A stretch of DNA of 64,000 bases from assembly GCF_006345805.1 (NCBI RefSeq), contig NC_043000.1, forward strand, positions 1,426,001-1,490,000, read 5' to 3'. The stretch comes from Octopus sinensis. Lineage: Eukaryota. The notes beneath the pieces were generated by a model. The model ran no database searches and was not told the DNA's origin. It saw only the letters and a list, made by a program, of their open reading frames with translations. Both the position numbers and the translations under genes were made by a program. Below, piece after piece: positions 11,309 to 23,300 of this stretch (positions within the stretch are counted from its first letter, which is position 1; every line of letters starts with the position of its first letter).

Positions 11309-12012
11309 GACAAGCTTCTTTCATTTTCCATCTGCCAAATCCACTCACAAAACTTTGGTCAGCCCAAAGACACAGTAGACAACACTTGCCCAAGGGACTG
11401 AACCCAGAACCATGTGGTTGGGAAGCAACCTTCTTACCACACAGCCATGCCTGTGCCTATGTATGCAAATTATTCATCTATTCTGTTTAATTGTCCACCT
11501 CTCTATACCCCTTTAATATATAATTGTCTCCCTCCTTATCAATTATATCAATGATATATCTTTATATTCCGTATCTCATTCTTCGTTTCTTTCTGTCTCC
11601 CTTCTGCATGTTATTATTCTATGTCCAACTCCTCAAACTTTTGTTACACAATTAACAAAGTTGCATGTAATTAATGAGGATCTTAACGGTGGCTTAGAAA
11701 CGTTGATATAAATGTTGTGGGGTTTCAATCTCACTCTAGCTTTCTCACTCTGTCTATTGACACCTGGGTATGAGATGTTTTGACACAGCCATATTGACAT
11801 CACCTGTCTAGTGTTGCTGATTCTCTGCTGACTTATCAGACATTTTAATTTTTCTCTTGTTTACTCTCTCTTTTTTTTCTTGCCATCTCTCTTCTCTCTC
11901 TTTCTTCCTCCCTCTCTCTCATTCCTCTCCTCTTTCTCTTTTTGTATATGAAGAGAAGAAAAGTATTTATGACAATCATATGTAATTAATAATTCATAAT
12001 TCTCTGGCTCTT

Positions 12013-12076
<64 letters not shown>

Positions 12077-12227
12077 AGAAAAAAATCTATCAGAAAGGAA
12101 CTCTATCTCTCTTAAAAAAATATCCTTTGATAAGCATAACAAATGCGCAACCGGTAAAAAGAACTTTCACCTAATTAAATACACTCTCCCTTACTTAAAT
12201 TATTTTGTCAGCATTTTCTTCATTTCC

Positions 12228-12271
<44 letters not shown>

Positions 12272-12609
12272 CATCGTTTAACGTCCGCTTTCCATGCTAG
12301 CATGGGTTGGACGGTTCAACTGGGGTCTGGCAAGCTCGAAGGCTGCACCAGGCCAGTCAGATCTGGCAGTGTTTCTACAGCTGGATGCCCTTCCTAACGC
12401 CAACCACTCCGAGAGTGTAGTGGGTGATTTTATGTGCCACCGACACAGGTGCCAGACGAGGCTGGCAGACGGCCATGCTCGGATGGTGTTTTTATGTGCC
12501 ACCGACACAGGTGCCAGATGAGGCTGGCGAACGGCCACGCTCATATATATATATATATATATACGAGAAGAAAAGTATTTATGACAATTATATTTGATTA
12601 ATAATTCAT

Positions 12610-12681
<72 letters not shown>

Positions 12682-13264
12682 TCTCTGTCTGTTTCTCTCT
12701 TTTTCAATCTCTCTCACTCTCTCTGTAGTGGAGGAGAGGAAAAGTGTTTATTAACAATTATATTTAATTAATAATTCATAATTCTCTCTCTTACTCTCAC
12801 TCCCTCCCTCTTACTCTTTCTCTCTCTAGCTATCTCTCTCTCTCTCTCTCTTTCATTATATATGTATATGTATATTTCTGTTCACACACACACACCTGTC
12901 TCTGTGTTTACCTCTCATGCCAAAATGTACTCCCACCAGAATAGATCGAATGTCCACTTGGCCATGCTAAATCATCTCCATCTAAACACCTATACCCAAT
13001 TGCTTCATTGCTTAGACACTTGCAGCCTCCACTTAACAGTCCAATATTTAGTTCTTTCAAACTATCATATATTTTTTAGCAACTGTTTACAAACTTTTAG
13101 TCTCGTCTTTTTCCTGAATTTCTTTTTCAAACAGTATTCTCTTAATATTTTGGATTCTATTTATCATCAGGTATCATGTCTGAATATGTCCTTTGGTTGG
13201 TATTGAATTCACTTGTCTTTTTTCATGCAAATCTCCAGTACTTTTAATAGTGCTCTATATATAT

Positions 13265-13695
13265 ATCATACGCCGCATCCTTCATGTCCGATGGCATCAC
13301 TCTGTCTCCAACAATTCGGTGTGACACCAGTGCAAAATCACCTCCCTCCGACAAGTCATCCTAACGAGATGTCTGCGTTGGCTGGGTCATGCCCTCCATC
13401 GTCAACCAGGAGAATTCATCTAGGAAGCAATTGTCCCAGCTCCCCTTCAGGGTTGGCGAAAGCGATGTGGTGGACAACAAAAAACCTGGCTGATGACAGT
13501 CAAGGCTGATCTGGAACCCATCTTAGGCCCCCATATCTACGGTGTTCGCCGCTGGAATAAGGAGTGGTTGGAGATCACGCGGTCGTTAGCCTCAAATCGC
13601 CAGGTCTGGTCGGCGTTTGTAAGAGATGCAGCATTGAGGATGAATGAAGCCAGCTCAACCCACCCCGGGTGAATGCTGTCTGAAGACAAGAAGAA
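13265..13695 (+). mobile_element. RTE-clade LINE 3' fragment; related copy 47978-48300
   Basis: IRRILHVRW...LRWLGHAL.RQPGEFI...RKTW..TVKADLEP...NRQVWSAFVRDAA. Confidence 0.8.
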
Positions 13696-14657
13696 GAGAT
13701 ATATATTAAACATATGGAAGTAGTACTTATTATATAAGTGCTATACACAGACATAAACATGCATGTCTGTGACGGCTACAAACCACTCTTGAAGGATCCA
13801 ATAAAATTCAAACAACTTAAAATGTCTCATACATTTGATAAGTTTTTCATGGAGCAAAACATGGCCATCTATTACAAACTTTCCAATCATCATCATCATT
13901 GTTTTAACATCCATTTTTCCATGCTTGCATGGGTCAGAAGGAGTTATTTTTTTTAATTGAGGCAGGTTTTCTATGGCCAGATGTCTTTCCTCTTGCCAAC
14001 TTTCACCTGTTTTACAAGCCAGGTAATGTTTTTCCATGGTCAGACATTTCTTTTTTTTTTTTTTTGCAGAATATTGGAATTGTTTGTATGACAGTGATAA
14101 CCATCTTAAAACTGTCTCACAGTGTTAAAACCTGGAGGTGCATGCACACACACACACATACGTATTTACATTCATACCAGTACCCCCTGATTAGCTCCCG
14201 TGCTGGGGGTATGTAAAAAATACCCACTACACTCTCGGAGTGGTTGGTGTTAGGAAGGGCATCCAACTGTAGAAACCTTGCCAGATCAGATTGGAGCCTG
14301 GTGCAGCATACTGGCTTACCAGTTCTCAGTTAAACCGTCCAACCCATGCCTGCATGGAAAGCAAACATTAAACAATGATGATGATGATGATGATGATACA
14401 TATACAGTGAAATTCTTTCAGTTTCCCTCTACCTAATCCACTCACAAAGCTTTGGTCAGCCTGGAGCTATAGTAGAAGACACTTGCCCAAGGTGCCACAC
14501 AGTGGGACTGGACCCAGAACCATGTGGTTGGAAAGCAAGCTCGTTTAGAACAGCATCAAAGCAAACTGAAACGATTACTAGTCTGAATGGTTTTGATAAT
14601 CAACAATAAAAATAATAATAATAATAATGATAATAACAATAATAATAATAATAATGA

Positions 14658-15131
14658 CTGTCCTAATCGATATAAACGTATCTGTCAAGACCTACCAAAA
14701 ACTGAGCAAATATAAAGATCTTGAAATAGAAATCAGCAAAATGTGGAAGCTGAAGACTAAAACAATACCTGTTGTCATAGGTGCCCTGGGAATGATAGCG
14801 AAAGGGACTGATTGCTACCTAACTCAGATACCAGGAAACCCAAAAATGGCAGAAATTCAAAAGATAGTGCTCATGGGAACTGCTCATATCCTACGCAAAA
14901 TACTTTCTATGTAATCTCAAGGTTTAAAACAAACATAATTTTCGGTTTAAAAAAATTTTTTTTTTTTTAGACGTTCATTAGTACAACCCCCCTCCCCCCA
15001 ATATATGGCACACTAGGCATAACATCAACATGAACTTCCAACCTGTTGTCTCTTGAGGTCTCTGGGTGAGACTTGGAGCCAACTTGTACAAATATAAAGC
15101 AAAAGTCAAACATAGAATAATAATAATAATA
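14658..15131 (+). mobile_element. 5'-truncated R4/Dong-type LINE (C-terminal endonuclease region + 3' UTR)
   Basis: KLSKYKDLEIEISKMWKLKTKTIPVVIGALG...IQKIVLMGTAHILRKILSM*; (TAA)n on both sides. Confidence 0.8.
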
Positions 15132-16424
15132 ATTTCTGTATTGCTATAAAAGACAACAATTGAAAGACGACATTACAAAAAAAATGGTAACAATTTTACA
15201 TCAAGCACAGAAATTAGTTAAATGAAATATTAATTATGAAATTACCCTAATTGTGGCACTGTTACCTAGATTACTCTGACTATCAAAGGCAAGTTCACTC
15301 ACCCAGCTGTGGTGTTCTTTGTTATAAATTACACTTCTTCATTTTCCCATTATATTGTGGGTTGGATAGTTCTATAAATTCACTTTTTAACATGGATTCT
15401 TTGTACAATTGTATTTTAGTTTATTCCTTGATTTACTGTCTTCCTCACACAAACCAATCAACCATGAATTAGAGAACATTTGTAATTACACTAACAACAT
15501 AGACTGAAGTAAAAGCACAGTAATGTCTTGGTTAAAAAGCGACTTAACATCAGAATCACATAACTACGTTCAAGTTTACAAACCAAAATTATTTATGATC
15601 TGTATGTTTCATTATGCAACCATAATATACAACAAAGTATATTAAACTCTTTTATAAGTAAATGCTGTGTTCTACTGTGCTAGCAGTGCTATTAAATCAT
15701 GTGTTAACGTTATCTCTACGGATTTTCAGTAGAAATTATAGCTAGCATTGATTTTGTTATGATAATGAAGCAAAAATTCCTGAAATATGGCATATACAAC
15801 CATTACTCATTTTTCATCTTCGTGGAGCGCTAAGAGCACCATCCGAGTGTGATCGTTACCTGCGTCACCTTACTGGCACTTGTGCTGGTGGCATGTGAAG
15901 AAACATCTGAGCCACTGAACTGGCTCATATGCAGGTACATAAAAAGCACCATTTGAGCATGGCTGTTGCCAGTACTGCCTGACTGGCCTTCGTGCCGGTG
16001 GCGCGTAAAAGCATCCACTACACTCTCGGAGTGGTTGGCGTTAGGAAGGTCATCCAGCTGTAGAAACACTGCCAGATCAGATTGGAGCCTGGTGCAGCCA
16101 TCTGGTTCACCAGTCCTCAGTCAAATCATCCAACCCATGCTAGCATGGAAAGCAGACATTAAACGATGAAGGTGGTGATGGTGGCAGTGGCGGTGGTGGT
16201 GGTGGTGGTGGTGGTAGTGATGATGATGATGATGATGATGATTCTCCTTGTAGTTGTTTACATTCGGCATACTCAGATATGAAACATCATAACAAAATCA
16301 GTGCTGGCTATAATTTCTATAGAAAACCTGTAAAGATAACCTTAGCCAAAGGCATTTATTTCTCTGAAGTATGTCCATTCTTAACCCTTTAGCATTCCAA
16401 TTATTCTGCCAAATGTAATGCTTA

Positions 16425-16780
16425 TTTAATAATAATAATAATAATAATAATAATTGTGTACAGTGCTCAGGTGCACTACAACTCATCTAAAGTGTATATA
16501 TAATCAGGTGTAGTTTCGGCGGATTTCGGAAAGCATGAGGGCCTTAAAGGATGCAGTGTCATGGCAGTCAACGACTGACGCAGGCAGTTTGTTCCATGCT
16601 TCAGCAACTCTGAGCGTGAAAAAATGTTTCCGAAAGTCATGGGAGCTGTGTTGTTTTCTGACTTTGTAGTCATGTCCACGTGTGTTAGACACATGGAGAT
16701 CAAAAAGGTGTTCAGTGTTGTTGTTGTTGGTGAGGTGGTTGATAACTTTGCGGGTGTTTACCAAGTCCGTCGCCAGACGC
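16425..16780 (-). mobile_element. CR1-clade LINE 3' end; related copies 49020-49381 (+) and 61045-61372 (-)
   Basis: NTRGHDYKVRKQHSSHDFRKHFFTLRVAEAWNKLPASVV, then 3' UTR and (AAT)n tail. Confidence 0.88.
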
Positions 16781-17501
16781 CGGAGCTTCACATAGTTTTG
16801 AATTGATAATGTGTTATCTTGTAGCTTCAAGATTTCGATGATATGCTTGTTTGTGTTTAGAATGCGAGAGGCTGAATCTGGCTGGTTTGAACTTAAAACA
16901 GGCAGAATATTTGTGCTGGACGTGTCCAGTTTAAATGCTAAAGGGCTAAGGATATGTTATGGTGTTTAATTAACATATTGTTTATGTTATTTTGTATATA
17001 ACCATTGTATAATTAATGTTCCATTTAACCATTCTATTTATCTGTTGTATTTAAAAATTCATTTAACTGTTATACTCTTTACTCTTTTACTCTTTTACTC
17101 TTTTACTTGTTTCAGTCATTTGACTGCGGCCATGCTGGAGCACCGCCTTTAGTCGAGCAAATCGACCCCGGGACTTATTCTTTGTAAGCCCAGTACTTAT
17201 TCTATCGGCCTCTTTTGCCGAACCGCTAAGTGACGGGGACATAAACACACCAGCATCAGTTGTCAAGCAATGCTAGGGGGACAAACACACACACACACAA
17301 ACACACATACATACACATATATACATATATACGACAGGCTTCTTTCAGTTTCCGTCTACCAAATCCACTCACAAGGCATTGGTCGGCCCGGGGCTATAGC
17401 AGAAGACACTTGCCCAAGATGCCACGCAGTGGGACTGAACCCAGAACCATGTGGTTGGTTAGCAAGCTACTTAACTATTGTCATCAACCTTCTGTTAAGC
17501 T

Positions 17502-17985
17502 ATAAAATTACTATTTTTAAATCTTACAACAAGAGATATTCAGCACCAGTACTTTGTAGTAAAGATTGTTTGCCAACATAACATGGCAGTCCTGGTTTAG
17601 GACGAATGTTGCTGTAATTTTGCCCAGGAGACATCATCTCCAGCTGGCTATATGACACGATCTGTGTCCTTATGTTTTCGAACAAGGGAATCTAGCAACC
17701 CCACTCAGCTCAAAACAATACCAATGTATCGTGATTTCCGGGTTATTTCCCTTCATCAGCACAGAATAATTGTTTGGCTAGAGGTGGCGCTGCCAAATTC
17801 CTGTTTGAAATATATAGTTTTCAAAGTGACAACTAGTCACTGATGTATAAATTACAAAATTACTATTTTTAAATCTCTCAACGAGTGATATTCAGCAACA
17901 GTACTTTGTAGTAAAGATTGTTTGCCAACGTGACATGGCAGTCCTGGTTTAGGACTGCCATGTTGGCAAACAATCTTTACTTCTC
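17502..17985 (-). mobile_element. ~352-bp-unit retrozyme/Penelope-like element (partial tandem dimer) with 5' fold-back
   Basis: ~100-bp direct repeats starting 17504 and 17856; terminal hairpin ~17905-17981; possible TSD ttaagct 17495-17501/17986-17992; hammerhead-like fold 17724-17762. Confidence 0.6.
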
Positions 17986-18244
17986 TTAAGCTGTTATGTT
18001 TAATTCATTAAGATTATTCTCTCTTGATTGCAGAAAAATTTAAGATGCAGGTAATGAGTTTGATCTCTGATTGTCATCATTAAATGTCTTTCTCCGTTGT
18101 ATATTCATAGCTGCAGGCAGGATTTGAATTTGAATTAGTTTTCTTTTTCTAAACTTGTAACTTGCCTGGGTTGAGGGGGCATCAGTGTTGATGGACTGGT
18201 AACTGCTTTCTGCAGTTAAAATTTATGAATTTTCAGTGAATATA

Positions 18245-18857
18245 TAGTGGGGTGCTGAAAAGTTCCTGGCTTTGGGTAAAAGAAAATACAAAAGGATCGG
18301 TTAATTATGATTTTATTCAACACTAGCAGCATAGCCTGGCGTTGCCCGGGTATGTAAGAGCCCCTAGTAGGCAACGACTAATCCCAATCTAGTCCTTTCC
18401 CTCTAGGGAACGAAGGTGCATGTGTAGGTTGCAATGTCTTCTCTTCACTCGAATACTTCTGTGTATACCATGTTCCTAGCTGCCCCTAGCTGTCGAGTTG
18501 TGTCCCCTAGACAGAAAATGTGTTGCATATAAAAAGCTTAGATTTGACCCCATGTCAAATTTATCGATTTTTTTCAGAACTGGGGGAACTTTTCAAAATT
18601 TTCGCTGCGTTAGTTTTGAATTATGACATTGGGCTATGTGTGTGTCAAGTTTCACCAGAATCGGTTGAAAGCCGTGGTCAGGGTGAGGGAACAACCTGAC
18701 AGACACACAGACAGACAAACTGCCGTTTATATAGAGAGAGATATTCCCCTCTCAGATTTATGCAATTATTGCCCTGTAAAAGAACTTAGAAGGTTCGGGC
18801 CTTCATCCAGGCCTTTCACAATACCTGTAAAACTAGGAACTTTTCAGCACCACTTCA
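18245..18857. mobile_element. Mariner-like MITE with nested Helitron
   Basis: TIR ggtgctgaaaagttcct..ttt at both ends, TA flanks; removing 18323-18741 restores ttttattcaacatattcccc. Confidence 0.75.
18323..18741 (-). mobile_element. Non-autonomous Helitron
   Basis: 5'-TC...CTAG-3' on - strand, subterminal GC hairpin, A|T insertion, no TSD. Confidence 0.8.
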
Positions 18858-19004
18858 TATGTTATTTCCGCAGTAAAAGGGTTAATTACAGATCTGCTGT
18901 ATCGAGGTCCACTTGGAACTATTGTTATTACTACCCGCTCTCCCTTTTATTAGGGTATATATCGCTCATGTCTTCGTCATTTTTTTTTTTGTCTTCTGTT
19001 TCAG

Positions 19005-19122
19005 AGATATCCAGAGTTATTTCTCACAGATTGGTATATGGATGGTAAACATGGAATCTAACCTGTCTCGAGGTTCTTCAGTCATGCAAGAACTCAACAA
19101 CAGGTGTAATCTGTTTATTCAG
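19005..19122 (+). CDS. WASHC4: WASHC4 coding exon 3 in window
   Basis: tttcAG|a...cag|GTaag; DIQSYFSQIGIWMVNMESNLSRGSSVMQELNNRCNLFIQ vs human DVQSYYVFVSSWMMKMES...DLTNRCNVFIQ; phase 2 matches previous exon. Confidence 0.93.
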
Positions 19123-19464
19123 GTAAGCCATTGCACCTTGTAGTGTTTATGTTTTTGGTGGTAAAATAGAGTATAATTAATTGTACCTTGCTACTATCAT
19201 ATAGCCCCTATCTCCACTGCATTCAACATGTTCAGCCTCCAAAATATTAGGTACCACTGTTTTACCATATTTGTTTGCTTGATAAATTTATGAATGACCC
19301 CCTCTAGTGTTTCAGAAACTATTAATGCTAGGAAGAAGTTTTCTCCTTTTTTTTTTTTTTTTCCCCACTAATTTTAACTATGTGTGGTTGTGTGATAAGA
19401 ACTTTTCTTCTCAACCGCAATCACATGGTTTGGTTTCTATCTCTCTATCTCTTCACCACACATG

Positions 19465-19505
<41 letters not shown>

Positions 19506-19895
19506 GCTGTCCAGCAACCTCACAGGTCCAGAAGCCCTGTTCTAATCTATGTATGTTGTGGCTTCTTGTCAAAGAATAAATCCTAACATTGGACCTTGTG
19601 CACTGATTTGCCCAGGGGCCTACAATGCTGCTAATATGACCCTGCTTCCCTTTCAACATGTCTTTCTCAACATATCTGTCTCCTCCATCCCCTCTCTCTC
19701 TTTCCTTACTGATGTCTTGCAGCTGTCCTTCTCACTCTTCCATCTTTTTCTCCTTCATCTTTTCCATTTGCTTTCTCTCTCAGCTGTCTTTATCACCCTT
19801 TTTTGTCCTTCCTTCCCATCTTCTTCTCCATTCAGTTTCAAACCATTCCCAATCTTCCCCACCTACCTCTGTCTGTCTATGAATCTTCTACTACC

Positions 19896-19943
19896 TGTCT
19901 ATCTATCTGTCTATTTATCAACCATCTACTATATTTCTCTCTG

Positions 19944-20002
<59 letters not shown>

Positions 20003-20038
20003 ATCCACCCATCTATTTATCTCTCTGTCTATCTACCA

Positions 20039-20090
<52 letters not shown>
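19896..20090. repeat. (CTAT)n and (CT)n microsatellites; many other (TA)n, (CA)n, (CT)n, (CAT)n and (AAT)n tracts across the window
   Basis: direct inspection. Confidence 0.9.
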
Positions 20091-20094
<4 letters not shown>

Positions 20095-20385
20095 CCCTTT
20101 TCATCGAAAACCTACACCACCTTTCTTTTTGTTTCTTTTGTTTTTTTGTTTTTTTCATCCCCCAAAAGAAAAGCTCTACCTTGTAACTTGTCCCATCTGT
20201 GTGCAGCCCTGTGTGGCCAATAAAGAAACTTATTTAATCGTTTTTTTCTTTTTTTTATTTTTTTCTTTCCTTTTTACGATCCCTTTTGATCAAAAACTTA
20301 CCCCACATTTTTTTTCCTCCCCAAAAAGAAAAGCACTACTTTGTAATTTGTCCCGTCCGTGTTCAGCCCCGTGTGGCTAATAAAG

Positions 20386-23300
20386 AAACGTATCATCTAC
20401 CATCTGTCTATTGATCAATCGTCTATCTGTCTGTCTATCTATATTTCTATCTACTGTGTCCATCTATCTGTCCATCTATCTACCATCTGTCTATTGATCA
20501 ATCGTCTATCTGTCTGTCTATCTATATTTCTATCTACTGTGTCATCTATCTGTCCATCTATCTACCATCTGTCTATTGATCAATCGTCTATCTGTCTGTC
20601 TATCTATCTATCTATCTACTGTGTCCATCTATTTCTCTGTCCATCTATCTACCATCTGTCTATTGATCAATCGTCTATCTGTCTGTCTATCTATATTCTA
20701 TCTACTGTGTCATCTATCTGTCCATCTATCTACCATCTGTCTATTGATCAATCGTCTATCTGTCTGTCTATCTATCTATCTATCTACTGTGTCCATCTAT
20801 TTCTCTGTCCATCTATCTACCATCTGTCTATTGATCAATCGTCTATCTGTCTGTCTATCTATATTTCTATCTACTGTGTCATCTATCTGTCCATCTATCT
20901 ACCATCTGTCTATTGATCAATCGTCTATCTGTCTGTCTATCTATCTATCTATCTACTGTGTCCATCTATTTCTCTGTCCATCTATCTACCATCTGTCTAT
21001 TGATCAATCGTCTATCTGTCTGTCTATCTATATTTCTATCTACTGTGTCCATCTATCTGTCCATCTATCTACCATCTGTCTATTGATCAATCGTCTATCT
21101 GTCTGTCTATCTATATTTCTATCTACTGTGTCATCTATCTGTCCATCTATCTACCATCTGTCTATTGATCAATCGTCTATCTGTCTGTCTATCTATCTAT
21201 CTATCTACTGTGTCCATCTATTTCTCTGTCCATCTATCTACCATCTGTCTATTGATCAATCGTCTATCTGTCTGTCTATCTATATTTCTATCTACTGTGT
21301 CCATCTATCTGTCCATCTATCTACTATCTGTCTATTGATCAATCGTCTATCTGTCTGTCTATCTATATTTCTATCTACTGTGTCATCTATTTCTCTGTCC
21401 ATCTATCTACCATCTGTCTATTGATCAATCGTCTATCTGTCTGTCTATCTATATTTCTATCTACTGTGTCCATCTATTTCTCTGTCCATCTATCTACCAT
21501 CTGTCTATTGATCAATCGTCTATCTGTCTGTCTATCTATATTTCTATCTACTGTGTCCATCTATCTGTCCATCTATCTACCATCTGTCTATTGATCAATC
21601 GTCTATCTGTCTGTCTATCTATATTTCTATCTACTGTGTCATCTATTTCTCTGTCCATCTATCTACCATCTGTCTATTGATCAATCGTCTATCTGTCTGT
21701 CTATCTATATTCTATCTACTGTGTCCATCTATTCTCTGTCCATCTATCTACCATCTGTCTATGATCAATCGTCTATCTGTCTGTCTATCTATATTTCTAT
21801 CTACTGTGTCCATCTATCTGTCCATCTATCTACCATCTGTCTATTGATCAATCGTCTATCTGTCTGTCTATCTATATTTCTATCTACTGTGTCATCTATC
21901 TGTCCATCTATCTACCATCTGTCTATTGATCAATCGTCTATCTGTCTGTCTATCTATCTATCTATCTACTGTGTCCATCTATTTCTCTGTCCATCTATCT
22001 ACCATCTGTCTATTGATCAATCGTCTATCTGTCTGTATCTATATTTCTATCTACTGTGTCCATCTATCTGTCCATCTATCTACCATCTGTCTATTGATCA
22101 ATCGTCTATCTGTCTGTCTATCTATATTTCTATCTACTGTGTCATCTATTTCTCTGTCCATCTATCTACCATCTGTCTATTGATCAATCGTCTATCTGTC
22201 TGTCTATCTATATTTCTATCTACTGTGTCCATCTATCTGTCCATCTATCTACCATCTGTCTATTGATCAATCGTCTATCTGTCTGTCTATCTATATTCTA
22301 TCTACTGTGTCATCTATTTCTCTGTCCATCTATCTACCATCTGTCTATTGATCAATCGTCTATCTGTCTGTCTATCTATATTTCTATCTACTGTGTCCAT
22401 CTATTTCTCTGTCCATCTATCTACCATCTGTCTATTGATCAATCGTCTATCTGTCTGTCTATCTATATTTCTATCTACTGTGTCCATCTATTTCTCTGTC
22501 CATCTATCTACCATCTGTCTATTGATCAATCGTCTATCTGTCTGTCTATCTATATTTCTATCTACTGTGTCCATCTATTTCTCTGTCCATCTATCTACCA
22601 TCTGTCTATTGATCAATCGTCTATCTGTCTGTCTATCTATATTTCTATCTACTGTGTCCATCTATTTCTCTGTCCATCTATCTACCATCTGTCTATTGAT
22701 CAATCGTCTATCTGTCTGTCTATCTATATTTCTATCTACTGTGTCCATCTATTTCTCTGTCCATCTATCTACCATCTGTCTATTGATCAATCGTCTATCT
22801 GTCTGTCTATCTATATTTCTATCTACTGTGTCCATCTATTTCTCTGTCCATCTATCTACCATCTGTCTATTGATCAATCGTCTATCTGTCTGTCTATCTA
22901 TATTTCTATCTACTGTGTCCATCTATTTCTCTGTCCATCTATCTACCATCTGTCTATTGATCAATCGTCTATCTGTCTGTCTATCTATATTCTATCTACT
23001 GTGTCCATCTATTTCTCTGTCCATCTATCTACCATCTGTCTATTGATCAATCGTCTATCTGTCTGTCTATCTATATTTCTATCTACTGTGTCATCTATTT
23101 CTCTGTCCATCTATCTATCATCTGTCTATTGATCAATCGTCTATCTGTCTGTCTATCTATATTTCTATCTACTGTGTCCATCTATTTCTCTGTCCATCTA
23201 TCTACCATCTGTCTATTGATCAATCGTCTATCTGTCTGTCTATCTATATTTCTATCTACTGTGTCCATCTATTTCTCTGTCCATCTATCTACCATCTGTC

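Noticed and set aside
11665-11712. ttaatga...gaaacgtt hammerhead-like spacing
   Set aside because: Two core mismatches and no convincing stems.
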